This document shows positions 43,290 through 54,900 of a DNA stretch of 64,000 nucleotides, piece after piece (positions within the stretch are counted from its first letter, which is position 1; every line of letters begins with the position of its first letter). The stretch is from Phyllobates terribilis (Eukaryota), in assembly GCF_046119375.1 (NCBI RefSeq), contig NW_027362769.1:359662001-359726000 (forward strand). The letters are read 5' to 3'. The notes beneath the pieces were generated by a model. That model searched no databases and was not told where the DNA came from. It saw only the letters and a list, made by a program, of their open reading frames with translations. A program made the translations under genes and the position numbers.

Positions 43290-45302
43290 CACCCCCAAGA
43301 GACAAAGTCGCGATAGTAACCCCAGACACCCACAAGTACGCAAGAAAACCAGCTCCTCAAATTTTTTTCAGAGGGCACAAAAAACAAACGTAAGAGGGGA
43401 GGTAGAGGAGGGCAACTCTCCAAAAAGAAAAAGGCAGATACAGAAGAGATAAACCAAAAAGCCGACACTATCTTCAATCTCAGTAAACATACCCTAAAAC
43501 CAAACGAAATCAACCTCCTAACTAAAGGTCTTAAATATGCCCCCTCCACAGGATTCAATAAATTTCAAGCTTTCATTGGAGTCAAACAGTTTATGCGAAA
43601 ACTAGCACTCAAAAAATACTACCTGAAACATCAGGACCGGGGGCACATAAATGAACCTAGAAACTCACTCACTTTGAAATATGCCCACACCAACTTAAAA
43701 ACCAAATCCAAATTCCATCCATTAAACGAATACTCATCTGCACTCGAAAGTTTTCAAAACAATGTCATCTCAGATATCCGTAAATTAAGCCACAAAAAAT
43801 GTAACAAATTCCAATACAACTTTAACGCCTCTGAGAAGAAAGCAATATATATCTTACAGAAAAATCAGAACATAATTATCCGTCCAGCTGATAAAGGAGG
43901 TGGTATAGTTATACTGGATCTAGAACAATATCAATCAGAAACAAACAGACTACTAAGTGACACAAGAACATACAATACTATGAGGGAGGACCCCACAGAT
44001 ATGTACCTAAAAGAACTAAAAACACTAACTACCAAAGGACTAGATAAAGGCTTCCTTACGAAACAGGAGTTTGAATACATCACTATCTCCCACCCACGTC
44101 TTGCAACATTTTATTATCTACCAAAAATACATAAGTCACTCTCCCATCCTCCAGGCAGACCTATCATCTCAGGTATCCAATGCCTAACATCAAATCTATC
44201 CAGATTTGTGGATAAACACTTACAAGACCTAGTACCCCTTTTGCCGACATATTTAAAAGACAGTCAACATGTACTTCAGCTTTTACAAAAAATCAAATGG
44301 CATGACAATTTCATCCTAGGCACCCTGGACATCTCGTCCTTATACACCGTGATTCAGCATAATGCGGGCTGCGACGCAGCCACACATTTTCTTTTGAAAC
44401 AAAACAAACTACCTAAAGAACAAATAATGTTCATGAAGGAATGTATGAAGTTCATACTGACGCATAATTATTTTAAACACGATAAACTTTTCTACACACA
44501 ACAATGGGGCACAGCAATGGGTACTAGATTTGCCCCAAGCTATGCCAATCTATACGTTGGCAAATGGGAGGAGTTAGCTATCCACCCAGGCGGCACACTC
44601 AGACCTAACTTGGTATTTTGGCATAGATTTATTGACGACGTACTTTTTATCTGGTCTGGTGACCAAGAATCCCTAGACTCCTTTATCAGGGAGATCAATA
44701 TCAATAACTTTTTCTTGGAATTTACCTCCAACATAAGCCAAAAACAGGTAAACTTCTTAGATCTCAACATATATATCCAAGATCAAAAAATCCATACAAA
44801 AACATATATGAAGCCAACGGACTCAAATAGCTTCATCTCTCTGGACAGCTGTCACCTCCCCAGCTGGCTGTTAAACATCCCACGCAGTCAATACATGAGA
44901 TTATATAGAAATTGCTCCAACACTGGGGACTTCAACGAAGAAGCCATACAATTAACAAATAAATTTTTAGAAAAAGGTTACAATCCACAATTTTTACAAA
45001 AAGTGAAAAATCAGATTCAAACTATACCCAGAGATAACCTCCTCAAGAACAGCACCACAAAAATTAATGCCACTGACCCTACAACACAACCAGATATCCC
45101 TATCATAACTCAATACAACTCCAATACATATTTATTAAGAAAAATAATTTCAAAACACTGGCATATCCTTCACGATGACAAAACAATAGGCGACCTTATT
45201 CCACCAAAACCAAGATTCATCTATAGGAAAGCAAAAAACCTAGGGAACCTCATCGCACCAACAGTTCGCAATCCTCAAATCATTAATCAACCCACACTCA
45301 TT
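43290..45302 (+). CDS. Penelope-like reverse transcriptase (5' part of the interrupted ORF)
   Basis: Frame open from 43290: KRKRGGRGG, IFNLS, IRPADKGGG, GRPIIS, LDISSLYT, GTAMGTRFAPSYANL, RFIDD, FLDL. First in-frame ATG at 43593. Confidence 0.88.
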
Positions 45303-46775
45303 AACCCCTTAATAACATCTGACGTACTAATACGCGTCTGTGCCCTGGGACTTAAGAGCCAGACCCGTATTAGTACGTCATCGCGATCGCGCGCGCACAC
45401 AGGCTGTGCGGGCGCGATCGCCGCCGGGTGTCAGCTGATTGTCACAGCTGACACCCGGTATTATGTGCAGGGAGCGGTCCTGCACCGCTCCCAGCACATT
45501 AACCCCCGCGATGCTGCGATCGAAGTCGATCGAAGTCGATCGCGGCATTGCGGGGGCAAGGGGAGGTGATCGGCGATACTCACCACCTCTTCCGGCTTCC
45601 AGCGCAGTCTGCAAAGGCTTACCGGGTGTTGCCATGACGACCCGATGTTGTCATGACAACATCCGGGTCACCAGAGAGCAGGAAGATTGCTTGGACATGC
45701 GCAGTGCATCTCCAAGCAATCTTCACACTGTGCATTTCTGACAGCCTTCATGGCATAGGGATGGTGCTCCATTCCTGTGCCATGCAGGCGATCAGAAAAA
45801 AAAAGTGAAAGTCTCAGAGTGGGACAAAGTAATAAAGTGTATAAACTGTGTGAAAGTGGAAAAAAAAAAAATGTGCAAAAATATTCTAAAAAAATAAAAA
45901 AAATAATACACCAAAAATAAAAATATAATGTACCCATCAATAAATATTATTATAAAAAAAACAAAAAAAAAAACAGTAAAAGTACACATATTTGGTATCA
46001 CCGCGTCCGGAAAAACCTGACCTATAAAACTGTCCCACTAGTTAACCCCTTCAGTGAACACGGTAAAAAAAAAAAAAAACGAAGCAAAAAACAATGCTTT
46101 ATCACCATACCGCCAAACAAAAAGTGGAATAACACGCGATCAAAAAGACGCATATAAATAAAAATGATACCGCTGAAAACGTCATCTCGTCCCGCAAAAA
46201 ACAAGCTGCCATACAGCTCCATCAGCTGAAAAATAAAAAAGTTATAGCTCTCAGAATAAAGCGATACTAAAAAATATTTTTTTCTATAAAATAGCTTTTA
46301 TTGTGTATAAGCGCCAAAACATAGAAAAATGATACAAATGTGGTACCGCTGTAAACGTACTGACCCGAAGAATAAAGCTACCTCATCAATTTTACCACAC
46401 GCGGAACAGAATAAAAAAAAAAAAAAAAACAATTCCTGAATTGTTGGTTTTTGTTTATTCTGCCTCCCAAAAATCGGAATAGAAAGCGATCAAAAAATGT
46501 CACGTGCCTGAGAATGGCACCAATAACAACGTCAAGTCATCCCGGAAAAAACGAGCCGTCACATGACTGTCTGCCAAAATCTGGAAAAATTATAGCTCTC
46601 AAAATATGGCGATGCAAAAACTAGATTTTACAAAAAATGCGTCTTTTAGTGTGTGACAGCTGTCAGTCATAAAAACCCCATATGATTCTGGCATTGCTGT
46701 AATCACACCGACCCGAAGAATAAAGTCGTCTAATCACTTATACCGCACAAGGAACGGCGTCAAAAATAAACTCTT

Positions 46776-46915
46776 GGGTTAGGATTGGGCTAGGGTTAGG
46801 GCTGGGTTTGGGGCTAGGGTTGTGCTGGGGCTAGGGTTGTGCTGGGGCTAGGGTTGTGCTGGGGCTAGGGTTGTGCTGGGGCTAGGGTTGTGCTAGGGTT
46901 AGGGCTGGGGTTGGG
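46776..46915 (+). repeat. Degenerate telomere-like (TTAGGG/CTAGGG) tract inside the element
   Basis: GGGTTAGG..GGGCTAGGGTTAGGG and repeated GCTGGGGCTAGGGTTGT. Confidence 0.7.
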
Positions 46916-46957
46916 ATTTTTTTCAAAAGTAAGAAAAAAAGATGACGATATGGCGAC

Positions 46958-47253
46958 TAGTGTTGAGAGCAAGTGCTCGCTACTTGAGTTTGCATCGGGT
47001 GCTCTGGTATGCATTGAGTATCGTGGGTATTTGAGTGACATGCTCGAGTCTCTGCCCCATATGCTTCGCGGCCAAAAAACTTTACGGGGATTGCCTGCTA
47101 TGCACGAGCGATCCCCGCATGTTTTTTTTTTGGGTGTCTAATAACCGTGAAACATGCGGAGCAGGGACTCGAGCATGTCACTCGAGCACACGCTGTACAT
47201 GGTGCATACCTGAGTACCCGATGCAAACTCAAGTAGCGAGCACTTGCGCTCAA
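46958..47253. mobile_element. ~295-bp MITE nested in the TTAA element
   Basis: ~40-bp inverted ends GCAAGTGCTCGCTACTTGAGTTTGCATCGGGT and ACCCGATGCAAACTCAAGTAGCGAGCACTTGC. Left end TAGTGTTGAG; right end truncated. Confidence 0.7.
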
Positions 47254-47349
47254 GAATAATGACAACTTATTCAATATGATGACCTAATGTAAACAAATTC
47301 TGTGCCGTACCTCTGGGTTCAAAATGTTCACTATACACCTTAATAAAAT

Positions 47350-48965
47350 CCTTGAGGGGTATAGTTTCCAAAATGGGGACACTTGTGGGGGAGCTCCACT
47401 GTTTAGGCACATCACAGGCTCTCCAAACGCGACATGGTGTCCGCTAACAAATTGAATGGAAAATCGGCTCAAATTGTTAGCGGACGCCATGTTGCGTTTG
47501 GAGAGCCCCTGTGTGCCCAAACATTGGAGCTCCCCCACAAGTGACCCCATTTTGGAAACTAGACCCCCCAAGGCACCTATCTAGATGCATAGTGAGCACT
47601 TGGAATCCCCAGGTGCTTCACAAATTGATTTGTAAAAATGAAAAAGTGAAAAAAAAATCACTTTTTCATTTTTATGAATCAATTTGTGAAGCACCTGGGG
47701 TTCCAAGTGCTCACTATGAATCTAGATAGGTGCCTTGGGGGGTCTAGTTTCCAAAATGGGGTCACTTGTGGGGGAGCTCCAATGTTTGGGCACGCAGGGA
47801 CTCTCTAAATGCAACATGGTATCCGCTAACAAATTGAATGGAAAATCGGCTCAAATTGTTAGTTGACACCACATTGCGTTTGGAGAGCCCCTCTGTGCCC
47901 AAACTTTGGAGCTCCCCCACAAATGACCCCATTTTGGAAACTAGACCCCCCAAGGCACCTTTCTAGATGCATAGTGAGCACTTGAAACCCCCAGGTGCTT
48001 CACAAATTGATTCGTAATAATGAAAAAGTGAAAAAAAAAACACTTTTTCATTTTTATGAATCAATTTGTGAAGCACCTGGGGTTCCAAGTGCTCACTATG
48101 AATCTAGATAGGTGCCTTGGGGGGTCTAGTTTCCAAAATGGGGTCACTTGTGGGGGAGCTCTAATGTTTGGGCACACAGGGACTCTCCAAATGCAACATG
48201 ATATCCGCTAACAAATTGTCGGCTCAAATTGTTAGCGGATATCATGTTGCATTTGGAGAGTCCCTGTGTGCCTAAACATTGGAGCTCCACCACAAGTGAC
48301 CCCATTTTGGAAACTAGACCCCCCAAGGCACCTATCTAGATGCATAGTTAGCACTTGTAACTCCAGGTGCTTCACAAATTGATTCATAAAAATGAAAACG
48401 TGTTTTTTTTTTCACTTTTTCATTATTACAAATCAATTTGTGAAGCACCTGGGGGTTTAAAGTGCTCACAATGCATCTAGAAAGGTGCCTTGGGGGGTCT
48501 AGTTTCCAAAATGGGGTCACTTGTGGGGGAGCTCCAAAGTTTGGGCACAGAGGGGCTCTCCAAACGCAATGTGGTGTCCGCTAACAATTTGAGCCGATTT
48601 TCCATTCAATTTGTTAGCGGATACCATGTTGCATTTAGAGAGTCCCTGTGTGCCCAAACATTGGAGCTCCCCCACAAGTGACCCCATTTTGGAAACTAGA
48701 CCCCCCAAGGCACCTATCTAGATGCATAGTGAGCAGTTGGAACCCCCAGGTGCTTCACAAATTGATTCGTAACAATGAAAAAGTGTTTTTTTTTTCACTT
48801 TTTCATTTTTACGAATCAATTTGTGAAGCAGCTGGGGGTTGCAACTGCTCACTATGCATCTAGATGGGTGCCTTGGGGGGTCTAGTTTCCAAAATGGGGT
48901 CACTTGTGGGGGAGCTCCAATGTTTGGGCACACAGGGGCTCTCTAAACGCAACATGGTGTCCGCT
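47350..48965. repeat. Array of ~380-bp palindromic units
   Basis: CCAAAATGGGGTCACTTGTGGGGGAGCTCC alternates with its reverse complement GGAGCTCCCCCACAAGTGACCCCATTTTGG about every 380 bp. Confidence 0.85.
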
Positions 48966-49794
48966 AATTATTCAAGCAAATTTTACAATCAAAAAGTCAA
49001 ATGGCGCTCCTTCCCTTCCGAGCCCTACAGTGCGCCCAAACAGTGTTTTTTCCCCAAATATTGGGTATCTGCGTGCCCAGGGGAAATTGCACAACAAATT
49101 TTGCGGTCCATTTTTTCTTGTTACTCCTGTGAAAATAAAAAAAATTGGGTCTAAAGTAATATTTTTGTGAAAAAAGTTAAATGTTCATTTTTTTCTTCCA
49201 CATTCAAAAAATTCCTATGAAGCACCTGAAGGGTTAATAAAGTTCTTGAATGTGGTTTTGAGCACCTTGAGGGGTGCAGTTTTTAGAATGGTGTCACTTT
49301 TGGGTATTTTCTGTCATAAAGACCTCTCAAAGTGACTTCAAATGTGATGTGGTCCCTAAAAAAATGGTTTTGTAAATTTTGTTGGAAAAATGTGAAATCG
49401 CTGGTCAACTTTTAACCCTTATAGCTCCCTAACAAAAAAAAATTTTTGTTCCAAAATTGTGCTGATGTAAAGTAGACATGTGGGAAATGTTATTTATTAA
49501 CTCTTTTGTGTGACATATCGCTCTGATTTCAGGGCTTAAAAATTCAAATTTTGAAAATTGCAAAATTTTCAAAATTTTCGCCAAATTTCCATTTTTTTCA
49601 CAAATAAACGCAAGTGTTATCAAAGAAATTTTTCCACAATCATGAAGTACAATATGTCACGAAAAAACAATCTCAGAATCAGGGGGATCCGTTGAAGCGT
49701 TCCAGAGTAATTACCTCATAAAGTGACAGTGGTCAGAATTGTAAAAATTGGCCCGGTCATTAACGTGCAAACCACCCGCGGGGCTTAAGGTGTT

Positions 49795-50256
49795 AAAGAA
49801 ACTGTTGGTTTTTATCCCTGTAATAAATGTGCAGCATGCAAGAAGCTGCACACTAAAAAACAAAAAATAATCACGGAAGACCAAACCACCTACAAAATCT
49901 CAGACTTCATTACTTGCAACACCGATGGCGTCATCTACAGCCTCCGATGTCCATGCAACAAACTTTATATAGGTAGAACCAAACGCCCCCTACAAGTGCT
50001 CATAAATGAACATCTGCGCAATATTTCCAAAAAATTTGACGGACACCCTCTATCTATACATTACTCCGAAAAACATGGAGGTTCCATTAAGGGCACTACC
50101 ATCACAGGCCTACAGAAGGTCCACAAACAATGGCGCAAATGGGACTATCTAAAACAAATGTCCAGGGTTGAAAGCAAGTGGATATTCAACCTGGACACAT
50201 TAAAACCAAAGGGACTCAATTCTGAGATTGAGTTATTTGCTTTCAATGATGACTAA
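49795..50256 (+). CDS. Penelope-like GIY-YIG endonuclease (3' part of the interrupted ORF)
   Basis: KETVGFYPCNKCAAC...GVIYSLRCPCNKLYIGRTKR...EHL...HY...RVESKWIFNLDTLKPKGLN; no stops. Confidence 0.9.
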   Translation, partial: KETVGFYPCNKCAACKKLHTKKQKIITEDQTTYKISDFITCNTDGVIYSLRCPCNKLYIGRTKRPLQVLINEHLRNISKKFDGHPLSIHYSEKHGGSIKGTTITGLQKVHKQWRKWDYLKQMSRVESKWIFNLDTLKPKGLNSEIELFAFNDD

Positions 50257-50353
50257 TGCATCCATCCAAACTAAAGCATATTACCAAGCAGACCCCGCCC
50301 CCACTAATTAATTATGCACAAGCGCGCATATATAAGTGACCTACTTACAGCAG

Positions 50354-50402
50354 TAGACCATCCCTGAGGAAGAGAACCGTAGTTCTTGAAACGTGTTGGT
50401 CT
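50354..50402 (+). ncRNA. Degenerate minimal (type I) hammerhead ribozyme motif in the Penelope 3' repeat
   Basis: CTGAGGA 50364-50370, stem II AGAAC-CGTA-GTTCT, GAAAC-GT-GTT; stem I weak. Confidence 0.6.
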
Positions 50403-51982
50403 TTTTGGTCCCTGTAAGCCACCGTACCGGTACGGGTCACATGCGCGCTGTCACGCGCACTTACGTCACGCAGGTCCTACTGCGTTGATACACGGCGCAA
50501 ACTCCAGGTCCTTCCCGCCCTCCACAGACCGCCGACGGAGGACACGCAGCGCAAGGGAGAACAGCTGGTCACCGGCCGGGACCCTGTCTCACTCCCTGCG
50601 CGACCCATCTCTATGCCCCACTACTCTTCTACCCCCCGCTGCCAGTTGTGACTCTGAGAGCACAGTGGGATGCCAACGAGTCCCTGTTAGCAGAACCATC
50701 CCTGACAGACTACTAACAGTAAGTACTGAGCTCTGCTCCCACGGTGACATTCAGCATCTAAGACTGCACTGCAGTGTGCACATGCTGCACACACACTAGA
50801 CTGCCCATCTCCCCTGATTGCAACTACCACCACGAATAAGCTCAAGAGTTTTAAGCAGATCCTCAGTACCCTAACATAGAGCACAGATACTGCTTCCCCA
50901 CTGCTACTGATACTACCAGTGAGTCCAAGGAACAAGCACACTTTCAGTGCTCTAACCCAACAGGTAACATTCTAATCATTTTACCTGCACTATACAGGTC
51001 TCCCCCCCCCCCTCCCCCTACTTAATAGAATCCATAGATATACCTATATTAACATTTATCCTTCAAAGCTCTTTTGGATACGCATACAGCTGTCCATCAC
51101 CCAGCCTCAGCTAACTGGCTTTAAGACCGTAGTCACCAGCCCAGGCTACCTTGGAACCTATACAGCACCTCGTACAGGTAATACGCATATCTTCTCACCT
51201 GTGCCACTCAGACCCGCTGTACTGTACCACAGGTATAACAAAACCCTTCTACTATCCGCCAACAGTAGCAAGCAGCTTCAAGCACTGCGATTAACAACAG
51301 GTGTCCATCACCCAGAACCGGACAACAATCAAGACCGCAGACACCATCTAGTGCAATCCTGCTACTTACACAGAACCCCCCTCCTTTACAGGTAAAAAAC
51401 TGCATCCCCTTATATGTGCCATTCAGACCCTATACCAAGCGTTATTGGCTTAACTAATATTACTCTATTTTCATTAGTAGCACTCTCTAATCCCGCTGCC
51501 TAAATATCTACAAACGATCATCAGCCCAAGCACAAGCCATCAACACCTGGAAATCTACCTAGACCGACAACAGGTAAATCACTTCTTACACCGGTGAGAG
51601 CAGCCACTCTAAGTATACGGGGAACAATCCGGTCACTAAAACCCCACCCCCCCTTTTTTTCCCCTTCTCTTTCTCCTTTTTACACATAGGAAATATCCAG
51701 ACTACTATCCTTCTAAAAACTGGCCTAGAAACCCACAAGACTACCACCACCAGGAACCTCCAAAAAGCCTCCACCCCAAAAGACCCACCAGCTATCTCTA
51801 TCTAATATTTTATCATTTTTTAACCTTCATTATGATTTAACGTCATTTTTATGCGAGATTTACTATTTAAAATAAAAACTCTTTTATCATCCTCTCTTAT
51901 TGTCCACATTTTTGTCCCCAACAACCTTCCCCCTTCAAGTATACGGCCTAAACCTTACCAGCGCAGGATATTTTAACTATTT

Positions 51983-54900
51983 CTACAGTATATAGAGCAG
52001 CCTGTACAGTATATAGAGCTGCCTGTACAGTATATAGAGCAGTGTGTACAGTATATAGAGCAGCCTGTACATTATATAGAGCAGTGTGTACAGTATATAG
52101 AGCTGCCTGTACAGTATATAGAGCAGTGTGTACAGTATAAAGAGCTGCCTGTACATTATATAGAGCAGTGTGTACAGTATATAGAGCAGTGTGTACAGTA
52201 TATAGAGCTGCCTGTACAGTATATAGAGCAGTGTGTACAGTATATAGAGCAGCATGTACAGTATATAGAGAAGCCTGTACAGTATATAGAGCAGTGTGTA
52301 CAGTATATAGAGCAGTGTCTATAGTATATAGAGCAGCCTGTACAGTATATAGAGCAGTGTGTACAGTATATAGAGCAGTGTGTATAGTATATAGAGCTGC
52401 CTGTACAGTATATAGAGCAGCCTGTACAGTATATAGAGCAGTGTGTGCAGTATATAGAGCAGCCTGTACAGTATATAGAGCAGCATGTACAGTATATAGA
52501 GCTGCCTGTACAGTATATAGAGCAGCGTGTACAGTATATAGAGCAGCCTATACAGTATATAGAGCAGTGTGTACAGTATATTGAGCTGCTGTACAGTATA
52601 TAGAGCAGTGTGTACAGTATATAGAGCTGCCTGTACAGTATATAGAGCAGTGTGTACAGTATATAGAGCAGCCTATACAGTATATAGAGCAGTGTGTACA
52701 GTATATAGAGCTGCCTGTACAGTATATAGAGCAGCGTGTACAGTATATAGAGCAGCCTATACAGTATATAGAGCTGTGTGTACAGTATATAGAGCAGCCT
52801 GTACAGTATATAGAGCAGCGTGTACAGTATATAGAGCAGCCTGTACTGTATATAGAGCAGTGTGTACAGTATATAGAGCTGCCTGTACAGTATATAGAGC
52901 AGTGTGTACAGTATATAGAGCAGTCTGTACAGTATATAGAGCTGCCTGTACAGTATATAGAGCAGCCTGTAAATTATATAGAGCAGCCTGTACAGTATAT
53001 AGAGCAGCCTGTACAGTATATAGAGCAGTGTGTACAGTATATAGAGCAGCATGTACAGTATATAGAGCAGTGTGTACAGTATATAGAGCAGTGTCTATAG
53101 TATATAGAGCAGCCTGTACAGTATATAGAGCAGTGTGTACAGTATATAGAGCAGTGTGTATAGTATATAGAGCTGCCTGTACAGTATATAGAGCAGCCTG
53201 TACAGTATATAGAGCAGCGTGTGCAGTATATAGAGCAGCCTGTACAGTATATAGAGCAGCATGTACAGTATATAGAGCAATGTGTACAGTATATAGAGCT
53301 GCCTGTACAGTATATAGAGCAGCGTGTACAGTATATAGAGCAGCCTATACAGTATATAGAGCAGTGTGTACAGTATATAGAGCAGCGTGTACAGTATATA
53401 GAGCAGCCTGTACAGTATATAGAGCAGTGTGTACAGTATATACAGCAGTCTGTATAGTATATAGAGCTGTCTGTACAGTATATAGAGCAGCCTGTACAGT
53501 ATATAGAGCAGAGTGTACAGTATATAGAGCAGCCTGTACAGTATATAGAGCTGCCTGTACAGTATATAGAGCAGTGTGTACAGTATATAGAGCAGCCTGT
53601 ACAGTATATAGAGCTGCCTGTACAGTATATAGAGCAGCCTGTACAGTATATAGAGCTGCCTGTACAGTATATAGAGCAGGGTGTACAGTATATAGAGCAG
53701 CGTGTACAGTATATAGAGCAGTGTGTACAGTATATAGAGCAGTCTGTACAGTATATAGAGCAGCCTGTACATTATATAGAGCAGTGTGTACAGTATATAG
53801 AGCAGTGTGTACAGTATATAGAGCAGCCTGTACAGTATATAGAGCAGTGTGTATAGTATATAGAGCAGCCTGTACAGTATATAGAGCTGCCTGTACAGTA
53901 TATAGAGCAGTGTGTACAGTATATAGAGCTGCCTGTACAGTATATAGAGCAGTGTGTACAGTATATAGAGCAGCCTGTACAGTATATAGAGCAGTGTGTA
54001 CAGTATATAGAGCAGCCTGTACAGTATATAGAGCAGTGTGTACAGTATATAGAGCAGTGTGTACAGTATATAGAGCTGCCTGTACAGTATATAGAGCAGT
54101 GTGTACAGTATATGGACCTGCCTGTACAGTATATAGAGCAGTGTGTACAGTATATAGAGCAGTGTGTACAGTATATAGAGCTGCCTGTACAGTATATAGA
54201 GCAGGGTGTACAGTATGTAGAGCAGCCTGTACAGTATATAGAGCAGTGTGTACAGTATATAGAGCTGTGTGTACAGTATATAGAGCAGTGTGTACAGTAT
54301 ATAGAGCTGCCTGTACAGTATATAGAGCAGGGTGTACAGTATATAGAGCAGCCTGTACAGTTTATAGAGCAGTGTGTATAGTATATAGAGCAGTCTGTAC
54401 AGTATATAGAGCAGTGTGTTCAGTATATAGAGCAGTGTGTACAGTATATACAGCAGTGTGTACAGTATATAGAGCAGTATGTACAGTATATAGAGCAGTG
54501 TGTACAGTATATACAGCAGTGTGTACAGTCTATAGAGCAGTATGTACAGTATATAGAGCTGCCTGTACAGTATATAGAGCAGTGTGTACAGTATATAGAC
54601 CTGCCTGTACAGTATATAGAGCAGGGTGTACAGTATATAGAGCAGTGTGTACAGTATATAGAGCAGCCTGTACATTATATAGAGCAGTGTGTACAGTATA
54701 TAGAGCTGCCTGTACAGTATATAGAGCAGTGTGTACAGTTTATAGAGCAGCGTGTACAGCATATAGAGCAGACTGTACAGTATATAGAACAGTGTGTACA
54801 GTATATAGAGCAGCCTGTACAGTTTATAGAGCAGTGTGTATAGTATATAGAGCAGTCTGTACAGTATATAGAGCAGTGTGTACAGTATATAGAGCAGTAT

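Larger units (their letters stand above)
45305..49792. mobile_element. Non-autonomous piggyBac-like (TTAA-targeting) element, ~4.5 kb
   Basis: TTAA at 45301-45304 and 49793-49796. Termini CCCCTTAA...TTAAGGTG (one mismatch). No transposase ORF seen. Confidence 0.82.
43107..51982 (+). mobile_element. Penelope-like retroelement inserted in the 21-bp satellite, itself interrupted
   Basis: RT plus GIY-YIG ORF, long 3' non-coding/pLTR region with a hammerhead-like motif, satellite on both sides. Confidence 0.88.

Noticed and set aside
45303-45569. C-terminal 89 aa of the 658-aa ORF
   Set aside because: Read-through into the TTAA element; the true continuation is at 49795.
46776-46915. Interstitial telomere or fusion site
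   Set aside because: Short, degenerate, single orientation and inside a transposon.
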